Source: an uncultured Thermodesulfobacteriota bacterium
GTDB taxonomy: Bacteria > Desulfobacterota > B13-G15 > RBG-16-54-18
Length of the DNA: 64,000 nucleotides
Assembly (NCBI GenBank): GCA_964459135.1
Contig: CAYWLI010000001.1
Coordinates: 2,506 to 66,505 of the forward strand
Direction of reading: 5' to 3'
Shown: positions 8,227 through 17,812 of the stretch, in pieces
How the letters are laid out: every line of letters begins with the position of its first letter
Numbering within the stretch: position 1 is the first letter of the stretch
Notes under the pieces: model-generated
The model's database searches: none
Seen by the model: the letters and a program-made list of their open reading frames with translations, nothing else
Told to the model about the DNA's origin: nothing
Program-made: the position numbers and the translations under genes

Positions 8227-10274
8227 GCGGTACCCTCTCTCGTAGATTTTTTAGCGGATTTTTGACCTTGCTTTTTAGTAGACTTTGTAACTGCCTTCTT
8301 TACAGATTTTTTAGCATGCTTCGACTGTTTAGAAGACTTAATAACTGACTTGATCCTCAGCATCGTCTTTACGGTGCCCATCCTGCCATCCTGGGATCCT
8401 ATCTGAGCTTCTATCGGCACCTCGGCCTTATCATCATAGATTGCTCGGATCAGCGTGCGATAACGTTCTGCTAAAAAGTGCCTTCTCAATTTCCTGGTTC
8501 TGGTTAATTCACCCTCGTCAGGATCGAATTCCTTGTGGAGAATAAGGTATTTTCCCACCCTGGAGCCGGGAGGAACGCTCCTGTTTACCTCGTCGATATC
8601 GTGCTTTATCAAGTCATAGACCTCGGGCCTCTGGGAAAGCTCGGCGAAGTTGCTGAATGCCACCCCCCGCTGCCCTGCCCATCTGCTGACCGTATGAGAG
8701 TCGATTACTATGATAGCCGATGGATAGGCCTTTTGAGGCCCGGCCAGAACCCAAGCGTCTTTTATATACGGGCTGAACTTTAGGCGGCTCTCTATCACTT
8801 GGGGGGCCAGGCTGTCTCCGCCGGCCAGCTCAACCAGATCCTGTACCCTATCGACAAAAACAAGGTGTCCGTCTTGCCTTATGAAACAACTGTCTCCACT
8901 GCAGAACCATCCCTTTCTCAGCTCCTTGGCGGTCTGTTTCGGCTCCTTATAATAGCCGATGAAGGTACCAGGATGCCGATACATGAGTTCACCATCAGCG
9001 GATATTCTTACCTCTATTCCCTTGTGCACAGGGCCGACAGTATCTAACCGGATGTCATCATTCGTGGCGCCAGTCAGAATGCCACCCTCGGTTGTCCCAT
9101 ACAGGCTTTTGAGAGGAATATTAAGGGCATGATAGAACCTGAAGGCATCGGGACTCAAAACAGCCCCGAGGGTATAACAGATTCTGGCATTGGACAGACC
9201 CATGTGCTTTCTGATGGGCCTTAAGAGGACGAGATAAGCCAAGCCATACACTATGGTGAGGAATACATTTGGTTTCTTCCCCTGCAACTTCACATCGGCC
9301 ATCCTATAGCCGATGGGCATGAACAGACGGAAGGCAAACCGCTTGATGGCGTCAGCGGTGAGAATCTGTGCGTGAACCGTGGCTGCCTGGCTCCCCCAGA
9401 GGCGGGCCCCTTGGAATACAATGCTGGGTTCTATCTCTTGGGCATCCCGTTGCTGGGTTTCCGGCGCTTCTGCGAAGTTCAACGTGCTTGCTGACAGCAG
9501 GTGGCACCCGATCGCGAACCATTGCTCAGTTATCCAGGCTGGCGGCAGGGTAGGGACAACTTCATCACTCTCGTACCAGGGGTCGAGCTGCAGGAGAGAC
9601 TCAGCACTAGCCCTCATCGTCCTATAGGTGTGGACAGCCCCCTTGGGGGCGTCCCCGGTGGTTCCCGAGGTGTACACGATGGCGCAGACATCATCAGCCG
9701 TGCCGCTTTTCACGTGGTCCTCAAAAACGCCGGGGGTTGTCTTTTCGTAGTGTTCACCAAGACCCCGCACCTCCCGATATCCCATTAACAGGGGGTCATC
9801 AGCGTGGGCGAGTCCTTTATAGTTCCAGTAAATAATCTTTTTGAGCAGGGGAAGTTCCCCCTTGACTTCGAGCAGCTTATCAACCTGCTCTTGATCTTCA
9901 ACAATAGCAAATCCCGCCTCTGAGTTTTCGGCAATATATTGTATCTCCTGCGGCGTTAAATCCGAATATACCCCCACTGACACCCCATGGATAGCCTGAG
10001 CGGCAAGCTCGGCAAAATACCACTGGGGGGCATTATCCCCGATAATAAGTACCTTATCTTCTGGTTTGAATCCGAGGGCGAGTAAACCGAGCGCCAGATA
10101 TTTGACATTGAGATAGTAGTCCTCCCACGTATAAGGCTGCCAGATACCATAGTGCTTATGGCGCATGGCTCGATGCCGAGAGCCATATTGTTCATAGTTA
10201 TAGGTGAGGATTTGGGGCCAGGTATCACCCTCTGTGCCGTTGAATTGGTCTAATTGGTCTGTTCCGGCCGTCAT
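8223..10274 (-). CDS. Long-chain-fatty-acid--CoA ligase (AMP-forming) with an unusual Lys/Ser-rich C-terminal tail
   Basis: 683 aa with the AMP-binding core (VYTSGTTGDAPKGAVHTYRT). The C-terminus is KSSKQSKHAKKSVKKAVTKSTKKQGQKSAKKSTREGTA. It overlaps the livH start by 4 nt. Confidence 0.8.
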   Translation of the reverse strand: MTAGTDQLDQFNGTEGDTWPQILTYNYEQYGSRHRAMRHKHYGIWQPYTWEDYYLNVKYLALGLLALGFKPEDKVLIIGDNAPQWYFAELAAQAIHGVSVGVYSDLTPQEIQYIAENSEAGFAIVEDQEQVDKLLEVKGELPLLKKIIYWNYKGLAHADDPLLMGYREVRGLGEHYEKTTPGVFEDHVKSGTADDVCAIVYTSGTTGDAPKGAVHTYRTMRASAESLLQLDPWYESDEVVPTLPPAWITEQWFAIGCHLLSASTLNFAEAPETQQRDAQEIEPSIVFQGARLWGSQAATVHAQILTADAIKRFAFRLFMPIGYRMADVKLQGKKPNVFLTIVYGLAYLVLLRPIRKHMGLSNARICYTLGAVLSPDAFRFYHALNIPLKSLYGTTEGGILTGATNDDIRLDTVGPVHKGIEVRISADGELMYRHPGTFIGYYKEPKQTAKELRKGWFCSGDSCFIRQDGHLVFVDRVQDLVELAGGDSLAPQVIESRLKFSPYIKDAWVLAGPQKAYPSAIIVIDSHTVSRWAGQRGVAFSNFAELSQRPEVYDLIKHDIDEVNRSVPPGSRVGKYLILHKEFDPDEGELTRTRKLRRHFLAERYRTLIRAIYDDKAEVPIEAQIGSQDGRMGTVKTMLRIKSVIKSSKQSKHAKKSVKKAVTKSTKKQGQKSAKKSTREGTA

Positions 10275-10300
10275 AACCTCATGCCCTTCTCTTTACTAAA

Positions 10301-11095
10301 TTACGCAAGCCATCTCTTCTTGCGCCGATAGTGCTTAACGTCACGATAGCTCTTTTGGGAACCAAGGGCTGACAGCCCCAAATAGAATTCCTGGACATCC
10401 GCATTATCTCTGAGCTGATCTGCCGGTCCATTCAGCACGACCCTGCCATTTTCTATGATATAGCCATAATGAGCGAGACCGAGGGCAGCCCGGGCATTTT
10501 GCTCTACGAGGAGTATTGATACCTTTTCTTCGGCATTAATTCCCCGAATAATCTCATAGATCTCTTGCACCAGCAAAGGGGCCAGGCCGAGGGAAGGCTC
10601 ATCCAGCAGCATCACCTTGGGGCGTGCCATGAGCGCACGCCCTATCACCAACATCTGCTGTTCACCGCCTGACAGATAACCGCTCATCTGCCGGCGGAGA
10701 TCTTTTATCTTGGGAAACCAGTCAAAGACCATTTCTATGTCCCGCTTGATTTGAGCCCGGTCTTTGCGGGTGTAGGCGCCCACCAGCAGGTTTTCCTCCA
10801 CACTGAGGTGCTCAAGGACCCTTCGTCCTTCCATGGCCTGGCTTATACCCAGGGCAGCGATATACTCAGGGCCGTACCGGTCTATCCGCTTACCGTTAAA
10901 TTCGATGCTGCCGTCGGTGACCTCTCCCTCTTCCGTCTTGAGCATCCCTGATATCGCCTTGAGGGTAGTGGTCTTGCCCGCACCATTGGCCCCAAGAAGG
11001 GCGACGATCTTGCCGTCACCGACCTCGAGGGATACGCCCCGGAGCACCTGAATCACACTCATGTAGGCTACTTCAATATTTTTTAGTTCGAGCAT
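10301..11095 (-). CDS. livF: ABC transporter ATP-binding protein LivF
   Basis: 264 aa with Walker A GANGAGKTT, the LSGGEQQ signature and Walker B LLDEPS. LivF-like N-terminus. Confidence 0.85.
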   Translation of the reverse strand: MLELKNIEVAYMSVIQVLRGVSLEVGDGKIVALLGANGAGKTTTLKAISGMLKTEEGEVTDGSIEFNGKRIDRYGPEYIAALGISQAMEGRRVLEHLSVEENLLVGAYTRKDRAQIKRDIEMVFDWFPKIKDLRRQMSGYLSGGEQQMLVIGRALMARPKVMLLDEPSLGLAPLLVQEIYEIIRGINAEEKVSILLVEQNARAALGLAHYGYIIENGRVVLNGPADQLRDNADVQEFYLGLSALGSQKSYRDVKHYRRKKRWLA

Positions 11096-11129
11096 TTTGT
11101 CGCATCTACCTTAGCGTTATAGTTTCTGC

Positions 11130-11948
11130 TTATTGTTCCTGCCCCAGGTAAGCGCTGATGACCTTGGGGTTAGCCTTGATCTCGGCAGGGGTACCCTCGG
11201 CAATCTTGCGCCCAAAGTCCAGGACGACAATTCTATCGGCGATGTCCATAACCACTCCCATATCATGTTCGACCAGGATGATACAACTAACCCCATCCCT
11301 CAGAACGGGGGTGTCAAGATAGGTGGTTCCCTGCCCTTCAAATATATCAATGATGAATCGGGCGATATCCTCCTTTTCCTCCAGGTTCATCCCCGCCATC
11401 GGCTCGTCAAGCAGCAGTATTGTCGGTTCCAGGGCTAATGCCCTTCCCAGTTCAATCCTTTTTCGCATCCCGTATGGCAGGACACCAACGACTGTTTTTC
11501 TAATCGGTGCTATCTCGAGGAAGTCGATAATCTCCTCTGCTGTCCGGCGCTGCTCGATTTCCTCCTTCAATGCCCAGCCAAGGTAGAGCGCCCCCGTGAT
11601 AAAGTTTTGCCGCATAAGCACGTGCCGGGCAGCCATGATATTATCTTCGGTGCTGAGCCCGGCGTACAGCTCGATATTCTGAAAGGTCCTCGCAATCCCG
11701 CGTTTAGCCAGTTTATCCGGTCGCTTTCGGGTGATTCTCTTCCCGTCGTAGTATATCTCACCTTCTTGCGGTTTGTAGAAGCCATTGATACAGTTGAGGA
11801 GGGCGGTCTTGCCGGCGCCATTCGGTCCGATAATGGCCAGTATCTCTTTATCCCTAACATCAATGCTCACGTCAATAAGGGCCTGGACGCCGCCAAAGCT
11901 CAGCGAGAGGTGGTCAATCCGCAATTTTACTTGCTTATTATCTTTCAC
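11130..11948 (-). CDS. livG: ABC transporter ATP-binding protein LivG
   Basis: 272 aa with GPNGAGKT and the LivG-like NCINGFYKPQEG motif. Confidence 0.85.
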   Translation of the reverse strand: MKDNKQVKLRIDHLSLSFGGVQALIDVSIDVRDKEILAIIGPNGAGKTALLNCINGFYKPQEGEIYYDGKRITRKRPDKLAKRGIARTFQNIELYAGLSTEDNIMAARHVLMRQNFITGALYLGWALKEEIEQRRTAEEIIDFLEIAPIRKTVVGVLPYGMRKRIELGRALALEPTILLLDEPMAGMNLEEKEDIARFIIDIFEGQGTTYLDTPVLRDGVSCIILVEHDMGVVMDIADRIVVLDFGRKIAEGTPAEIKANPKVISAYLGQEQ

Positions 11949-12202
11949 CGTTACAGTCTCTTAGACAATGCAATCTATGGAATATTCATTCTTTGAAGGA
12001 TGCAATGCTTCACCTATATCATTTTTTTAAAAAAGTCAAGCCTTTTGTTCATAATTTGAAAAACCAGCCCGAACAAATGAGACCTTTATTCCCCTTTCGA
12101 AAAGGGCCGCTTAAGAATTTTCATAGAATCTCATAAAGCACTCTTCCTCATATCTCAAAAAACGCAGATTCAAAATTAACTACCATATTTTGAACAAATA
12201 AA

Positions 12203-12231
12203 TTGACTTTTTAAAAATTTTGATATACATA
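12203..12231 (+). promoter_or_regulatory. Candidate promoter of the XRE-cupin regulator (TTGACT-17-TACATA). The predicted transcript is (near-)leaderless.
   Basis: ttgact-ttttaaaaattttgata-tacata ends ~8 nt before the ATG at 12240. No Shine-Dalgarno sequence is present. The -10 region overlaps a TGATATACA motif that is also found upstream of the corrinoid operon. Confidence 0.35.
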
Positions 12232-12239
12232 TACACATT

Positions 12240-12764
12240 ATGGACGTCGGCAATAGAATTCGCGAGTTACGAAAGCGCTCAGGATTTTCGATGAAGCAGC
12301 TCGCTGAAAAAGTGGGGGTGAGCTACTTAACCATCTATAGAATTGAAACCGGTAAAGTAAGCCCATCAGTAACGCTCTTGAATGATATAGCTTCTCATCT
12401 TAATTATCCGATCTTTTCCTTTTTCGATCAAAAGGCAAAAGAGATTGTCCATATCAAAGCTAATAAACAACCTGTTATTGCAAGCGAAAAGCTTCAATTA
12501 AAGCTCCTTGCTCCACGGGGTTTCATAGACGATAATATCGCCATTAGCTTTGGAAAGGCTGAAAAGGGAGAATTTATCAGCAAGCATACAAACAGAGGAG
12601 CTGAGCTTGCCTACGTAACCAAGGGCAAAGGTATAGTAAAGTATGGCGATACTGAATATGAACTCAAAGAGGGTGATCTGATCTATTTCCAAGGGGAAAC
12701 CCCTCATACGGTGGTTGCCTTGGAGCCTCATGAGTTCATTATAATACATTTTATCGATAAGTGA
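12240..12764 (+). CDS. XRE-family HTH transcriptional regulator with a C-terminal cupin domain
   Basis: N-terminal RIRELRKRSGFSMKQLAEKVGVSYLTIYRIETGK (HTH_3). C-terminal cupin-like GDTEYELKEGDLIYFQGETPH. Confidence 0.8.
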   Translation: MDVGNRIRELRKRSGFSMKQLAEKVGVSYLTIYRIETGKVSPSVTLLNDIASHLNYPIFSFFDQKAKEIVHIKANKQPVIASEKLQLKLLAPRGFIDDNIAISFGKAEKGEFISKHTNRGAELAYVTKGKGIVKYGDTEYELKEGDLIYFQGETPHTVVALEPHEFIIIHFIDK

Positions 12765-12858
12765 TTGCCCTGCCTGTTTGTAATGCCTCCTTGTTGCTTC
12801 CCTGAAGAATGTTCGCATACGTGTTCTCATGTTTAAAAAATCCTAGCCCCTCAAATGG

Positions 12859-13713
12859 TTATCCAGTGGTAGTACCTTGGCGTTGTCTGTAATCCTTAAT
12901 GTAGCGCTGGGCAAACCGGTCGCGGCCGAGGATAAGATCGGTGGCCAAGATCGTTGATCGCACCTGTGCTGCATCCACAGTGGGACAGGTTACTCCCGCT
13001 TCGATAGCCAGGGATAAAAAGGCCTTGTTGACCAGCGGCCTATCCGGCAACCCGAAGGATATATTGCTTGCGCCCAATGTCTGATTCACACCGAGCTGCT
13101 CCTTGACCGTGCGGATGGCTTGAAGCGTAACGAACCCGGCCCGATCGTCCGAACCCACCGCCAGGGCGAGACAATCGATGATGATGTCCTCTCGGGGAAT
13201 CCCCAGAGACGCTGCTCGCTCGATGATTTTATTCGCGACCTCCAGCCGCTTTGCAGGCTCCTTCGGGATCCCGCTATCATCGAGGGCCAGCCCGATAACG
13301 GCGGTCCCATACTCCTTTACCAGCGGCAACACCTCATTGAGGGATCGCTCTTCGCCGGAGACTGAATTCACGACGGGTTTCCCCTCGTATACCGTGAGGG
13401 CCTCTTTAAGGGCCGCGGGATTGTTGATGTCGATACACAGGGGTACATCCACCGCAGCCATGATCGTTTCAATGGCTTGAGGAAGAACGGAGATTTCATC
13501 CACATCAGGGACCACGACATTGACATCCAGGATGTCCGCTCCGGCTTCGACCTGGGCTATCGCCTCCTGACGCACCACATCAAAATCACCTGCCTTTAAT
13601 GCCGCTGCCAGCTTCTTCTTGCCGGTCGGGTTGATGCGCTCGCCGATCAGGATGGTCGGTCCGCTGTCACTGATGACGACCTCTCTTTGTGCGCTTGATA
13701 CCTTGGTTTCCAT
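12859..13713 (-). CDS. Pterin-binding methyltransferase (methylcorrinoid:tetrahydrofolate methyltransferase, MT II, MtvA/AcsE-like)
   Basis: 284 aa TIM-barrel pterin-binding (DHPS-like) pattern: ILIGERINPTGKKK...ADILDVN...NSVSGEE. Confidence 0.7.
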   Translation of the reverse strand: METKVSSAQREVVISDSGPTILIGERINPTGKKKLAAALKAGDFDVVRQEAIAQVEAGADILDVNVVVPDVDEISVLPQAIETIMAAVDVPLCIDINNPAALKEALTVYEGKPVVNSVSGEERSLNEVLPLVKEYGTAVIGLALDDSGIPKEPAKRLEVANKIIERAASLGIPREDIIIDCLALAVGSDDRAGFVTLQAIRTVKEQLGVNQTLGASNISFGLPDRPLVNKAFLSLAIEAGVTCPTVDAAQVRSTILATDLILGRDRFAQRYIKDYRQRQGTTTG

Positions 13714-13775
13714 AAGAAGGGTTACTCTCCTTTAAATTTGTTAGGCTTTCGGTATTCGATCTCCACGCTTGCTGC

Positions 13776-15119
13776 TCAACGGTACACACCATATTCCTTT
13801 GAGAAGTCGATCATGGCCTTGACATTTTCCGCCCTGGACCCCTGTATGCCCGCACCGGATGAAAGGATAAATCCGCCATCCTTTCCCGCCGTGTCGATGA
13901 GCTTTTTACAATAGTCTTTCACATCGTCGGGCGTACCGGTGCAGAGCAGATCCAAAGGCACATTTCCTGCGATACAGGATACCGTGCCGACAGTCTCCTT
14001 TGCCCGGGCCATGTCCGTCGTGTCGAACCACCAGACGGTCTTACCTTTCGGAATATCACAAATGGCTTCAAGACGCTGGTTATAGCCTCCTTCCGCAAAT
14101 AGCTGTGGGACTATCCCCGCATCGATGAGACCGATGATGAGCTTTCGCAGAGACGGCCAATAAAAGGTCTTAAACTGTTCATCAGACATAAATCCATCGG
14201 CCCCCTTGTGAAGTGGGATGAAGGGGATGATATGACCGGCGGCTTTGCATGATGCCACACCGCATTTAATCATAAAAGGGGTTATCCTCTCACAGGCCTC
14301 GAGAAGCTCATCCGGGTGTCGAAACATATCCATCAATACGCCTCGAGTGCCCCTGAGGCTGTCCCCGATAACATCAAAAGGCGCCTTGGTAAGTCCAGCT
14401 GCAGAGGAGGGGTATCCCTTCCCCATGATCGATGCGCTGACCTGGCCCACAGCAGAGAGCCATGCGGTGACTTCATCGCCCCCATCACTCAGCTTCTTGA
14501 AGGCCGCTTTCACATCCTCCATGCCAAAAGGCATCAGTGCCGGCGGCACCATGGGAATCTCGTGTACGGGTGGTAATAAGGGCATTTTTGCTAAGGGAGT
14601 TAAGGCACCAAAGATCCGTGGGAAATAGACAGTGAGAAAAAATCCGGTGGGGTCATCGATCAATGCCTGGTACTCCTCTGCCTTCATATACTCACCCTCG
14701 ACAAACTGGTACTCCTGATGCTCTCGCAGGCCATGGCCTGCCCATTGGTATAGGTTGAAATCCAGCATGTCGAGCGCTTTGCCAGGAACAATAGTCCGAG
14801 GGGTACTAAAGGTATCAGGGGCAAAATCGACATGAAACTTTTCCCAGGCATAGGCCAGTTTGTCATAGTCATACATGGCGTCATGCCAGCTAATGCCGGC
14901 GTATTCGATGGGGAAATGACCTGCTGAGGGGGATATCGGAATGCGCGCGGGGGTCTTCTTCAGTTGAATCGCATCTTTTATGAGGGTCACCCGGTCCTTA
15001 TAAGCCGCTTCAGCCTCCGAGTTCTCGAAGGTGATATTTTTGCCTGAAAGCCAGACGTGAAACTGTTGTTCCTGCCTTTCCTCAGCATCAGGAGATGCGT
15101 CCATCCATCTCTCCCTCAT
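13776..15119 (-). CDS. Uroporphyrinogen-decarboxylase (URO-D)-family methyltransferase (substrate:corrinoid MT I, MtvB/MtaA-like) with an N-terminal extension
   Basis: 447 aa with UroD/MtaA-like C-terminal features. Its operon position lies between the corrinoid protein and the pterin methyltransferase. Confidence 0.65.
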   Translation of the reverse strand: MRERWMDASPDAEERQEQQFHVWLSGKNITFENSEAEAAYKDRVTLIKDAIQLKKTPARIPISPSAGHFPIEYAGISWHDAMYDYDKLAYAWEKFHVDFAPDTFSTPRTIVPGKALDMLDFNLYQWAGHGLREHQEYQFVEGEYMKAEEYQALIDDPTGFFLTVYFPRIFGALTPLAKMPLLPPVHEIPMVPPALMPFGMEDVKAAFKKLSDGGDEVTAWLSAVGQVSASIMGKGYPSSAAGLTKAPFDVIGDSLRGTRGVLMDMFRHPDELLEACERITPFMIKCGVASCKAAGHIIPFIPLHKGADGFMSDEQFKTFYWPSLRKLIIGLIDAGIVPQLFAEGGYNQRLEAICDIPKGKTVWWFDTTDMARAKETVGTVSCIAGNVPLDLLCTGTPDDVKDYCKKLIDTAGKDGGFILSSGAGIQGSRAENVKAMIDFSKEYGVYR

Positions 15120-15123
15120 ATCA

Positions 15124-15786
15124 TTACGCTCCTATCCACTTCTTCGCCAGGGCAATGCCCTCCATGGCATCCTTGCCAAAGGCATCGGCACCGGCATGCT
15201 CCCGCACCTTTTCGCTCATCTGAGCACCCCCGATCATGATCTTGACCGTGTCACGCAATCCGGCTTCCTCGATGGCCTGAACCGTACGCTTCATGGAATC
15301 ATAGGCAAGGGTGAGAAGACCACTCATGCCCACGACCTGGGGCTGGAACGCCTTGATCTCGTCCACGAATGTGCCCGGGGGAACGTCAATCCCGATATCG
15401 CGCACCTCAAAGCCGTTCACCTCGAGGAGAAAGGTGACGATATCCTTGCCGATGTCATGAATGTCCCCTTCCACGGTCCCCATGAGTACTTTCCCCCGTT
15501 TCCCCGAAGTCGCTTCACCGTGCAGCTTTGGTTTGACCATCTCAGAGATCTGCTTCAACATATCACCGGCCAGCATCAGCTCGGGAAGAAAATAGGTCTC
15601 CTCCTCAAAACGCTTCCCCACTATTTCCATGGCCTTGGAGCAATCATCCAGGATCTTCAGAGGGTCTTCATCACCATCGAGCAAGACCCTGGCTATTGCG
15701 AGGGCCTCTTGCTCCCTCATGGTACTCATGGCATCGACCAAGCTATCAGACATGCTCTGTATCTCCTTCCGCCCCCTTTCCCCCAC
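15124..15786 (-). CDS. Corrinoid (cobalamin-binding) protein, MtvC/MtaC-like
   Basis: 220 aa with the B12-binding DxHxxG motif (GDIHDIGKDIV) preceded by a B12-binding_2 cap helix region. Confidence 0.85.
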   Translation of the reverse strand: MGERGRKEIQSMSDSLVDAMSTMREQEALAIARVLLDGDEDPLKILDDCSKAMEIVGKRFEEETYFLPELMLAGDMLKQISEMVKPKLHGEATSGKRGKVLMGTVEGDIHDIGKDIVTFLLEVNGFEVRDIGIDVPPGTFVDEIKAFQPQVVGMSGLLTLAYDSMKRTVQAIEEAGLRDTVKIMIGGAQMSEKVREHAGADAFGKDAMEGIALAKKWIGA

Positions 15787-15967
15787 TCATCTAAGGGCAT
15801 AATACTAACATATGACAATAGTGGTAGATATAAAGTTATATATATAATTTTGTCAAGGGGAAAAATGCTCTTTTCGAAAAAAAGTCATGCTGTGAATAGT
15901 GCCTTTCTGCTTTACATGTTTTTTGTACATCATGTCTATTTTTAATTGATTTTTGGTCCGCCTGCTA

Positions 15968-15990
15968 TGATATACAAAGTGATATACAAA
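15968..15990. promoter_or_regulatory. Tandem direct repeat (TGATATACAAA x2, 12-bp period) upstream of the corrinoid operon; candidate operator
   Basis: tatGATATACAAAgtGATATACAAAaaaag. The same TGATATACA core occurs at 12221-12229 in the XRE-cupin promoter. Confidence 0.4.
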
Positions 15991-16023
15991 AAAAGAGGTG
16001 GTACCAGGCACTCGGTACCACCT
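15988..16023 (-). terminator. Rho-independent terminator of the CoA-ligase gene
   Basis: Perfect 10-bp stem aggtggtacc / ggtaccacct with an 8-nt loop, followed on the minus strand by a run of 7 U. Confidence 0.7.
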
Positions 16024-16065
16024 CCAGTTTGTATGTAGAGAATATCTACCCTTATTCGTGATGCC

Positions 16066-17724
16066 TTATCCAGTTGCCTGGAGCTTCTTCTCTATGTCTT
16101 GGCGGAGGGACCGTTTATCCACTTTTTCCGCACCGGTATGGGGCATAGTCTCGATAAATTCGATCCGCTCCGGAAGCTGAAGCACAGAGGCCTTCTCCCC
16201 TTTCAAGAAAGAGATGATTTCCTCAAAGGATAGCTTGGCCCCGGCTTTGGGCTGGACATAGGCACAGACCCGTTCGCCCATAAGCGGATCGGGCATCGGG
16301 ATGACGGCCACTGCCGCGACATCTGGGTGACGGGTGATGAGGCTCTCGATTTGCGTGGCGCTGATACTCTCACCACCCCGGTTGATCATCTCCTTGATGC
16401 GGCCGGTGAGTGTGATGAATCCCTTTTCATTGATCTTGGCCACGTCTCCGGTCCTGAAGAACCCGTCCTGAGTAAATACCGCCTTGTTTTCCTCTGGGTT
16501 GTTGTAATAGCCCGTAAATACACCGGGGCCCTTCAGTACCAATTCCCCCTCTTTATGGGTGGGGAGTTCATTACCCTCTGGATCGATGACCTTATACGTG
16601 TCATACGGGCAGGTGGGTCTCCCCACGGTTGTACAGATGGTCTCTAAACTATCAATGGTGCGCGTGATGGTCGTCATTCCTTCTGTTGCGCCATATCCGT
16701 TGTAAAACTTCATGTGCAGTTTTTCCGTGACCTCCTTGACCAGATCGGGGTGGCTTGCCCCCCCTGCGCTGTGCATCTTTTTCAAGGTGCTCAAATCATG
16801 CTTATTAATATCCTTATATTGGAGCATCTTTTGCGCCAGTGTGGGGACCCAGATGATCGAGGTAATTTTCTCCTTTTCAATGGTCTCACATATCTCCTTG
16901 TCGTCTGTAGAATCCAGGAATACGACCTTTCCACAGGTAAAAATACTCCCGAGGAAACCCTTGGAGAATGTCAAATCATGCCCTATCGGTCCCGCAAGGA
17001 GGGTAATATCCTCGCTGGTCTGGTCCCACGACTTGGAGCAATATTCGGTGCCGGTAATGAGACTATTGTGTGTGCGGGGGACAATCTTGGGTGCTCCGGT
17101 CGTCCCTCCGGTCGGTCCCATATGGGCCACCTGCATGGGATCCGGCCGCCTGCCGGCGAGCCGAGCCAGGTTGTCCTCGGTCAATGCAGACTCTTCGATC
17201 AGTCTTTCGAGGCTGGCAAAGGGCCGCTGATCCCCTTCCCCCCGGACAGTAATGACATGCGTAACGTCAGGATGCTCCTTCAGGACATCTGTAATAATGG
17301 GGATGTAGTCTGTTTTTTTGTATCGGGAGGCGACAATCCAGGATGTGGCCCCGGTAAGGCTAATGAGGTGGTTTATTTCAAACTGCCGGTATCGGTCGAT
17401 CAACAATACGGGGATGGCCCCGATCTTTTGAACGGCAAAATAGGCAAAAACGAATTCGTTCCAGTTCGGAAGCTGAACCAGGACCCGGTCCAAGGGCTGG
17501 ATGCCCAAATCCATCAGGCCGATGGCCAGCTTATTCGTCTTTTCCCGAGTCTCCCCATAGGTCAGGCGCGTCTGACGATCCACAAAGGCCTCTTTGTCAG
17601 GGTGGATATCCGCAGCCCTGTCGAGGATATCTCCGAATGTTAGTCCAGACCACCATCGAAGTGCGTTATACTTTTCTGCATCTTCTTTTTTATAGGGGAT
17701 AACTCCTTCCAGAAGCCTTACCAT
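16066..17724 (-). CDS. AMP-dependent aryl/acyl-CoA ligase (benzoate-/dihydroxybenzoate-AMP ligase-like)
   Basis: 552 aa with an AMP-binding core (GPTGGTTGAPKIVPRTHNS) and a C-terminal adenylation subdomain. Confidence 0.8.
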   Translation of the reverse strand: MVRLLEGVIPYKKEDAEKYNALRWWSGLTFGDILDRAADIHPDKEAFVDRQTRLTYGETREKTNKLAIGLMDLGIQPLDRVLVQLPNWNEFVFAYFAVQKIGAIPVLLIDRYRQFEINHLISLTGATSWIVASRYKKTDYIPIITDVLKEHPDVTHVITVRGEGDQRPFASLERLIEESALTEDNLARLAGRRPDPMQVAHMGPTGGTTGAPKIVPRTHNSLITGTEYCSKSWDQTSEDITLLAGPIGHDLTFSKGFLGSIFTCGKVVFLDSTDDKEICETIEKEKITSIIWVPTLAQKMLQYKDINKHDLSTLKKMHSAGGASHPDLVKEVTEKLHMKFYNGYGATEGMTTITRTIDSLETICTTVGRPTCPYDTYKVIDPEGNELPTHKEGELVLKGPGVFTGYYNNPEENKAVFTQDGFFRTGDVAKINEKGFITLTGRIKEMINRGGESISATQIESLITRHPDVAAVAVIPMPDPLMGERVCAYVQPKAGAKLSFEEIISFLKGEKASVLQLPERIEFIETMPHTGAEKVDKRSLRQDIEKKLQATG

Positions 17725-17812
17725 ACCTCACCCTCCATCCTTATAATTGATTAATATGAGAACCGGTTACATGCTTCGCCTGCGTGCCAGGGATACCACA
17801 AGCTCCCCTCTG

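Noticed and set aside
15196-15945. 249-aa plus-strand ORF
   Set aside because: It is antisense to the corrinoid protein gene. The terminal Phe/Tyr-rich stretch comes from AT-rich promoter DNA.
15787-15995. Cobalamin riboswitch in the leader of the corrinoid-protein operon or upstream of ramA
   Set aside because: No B12-box (GCCACTG-like) or the conserved paired elements are visible on the transcribed strand of either leader.
16714-17643. 309-aa plus-strand ORF
   Set aside because: It is antisense to the aryl-CoA ligase.
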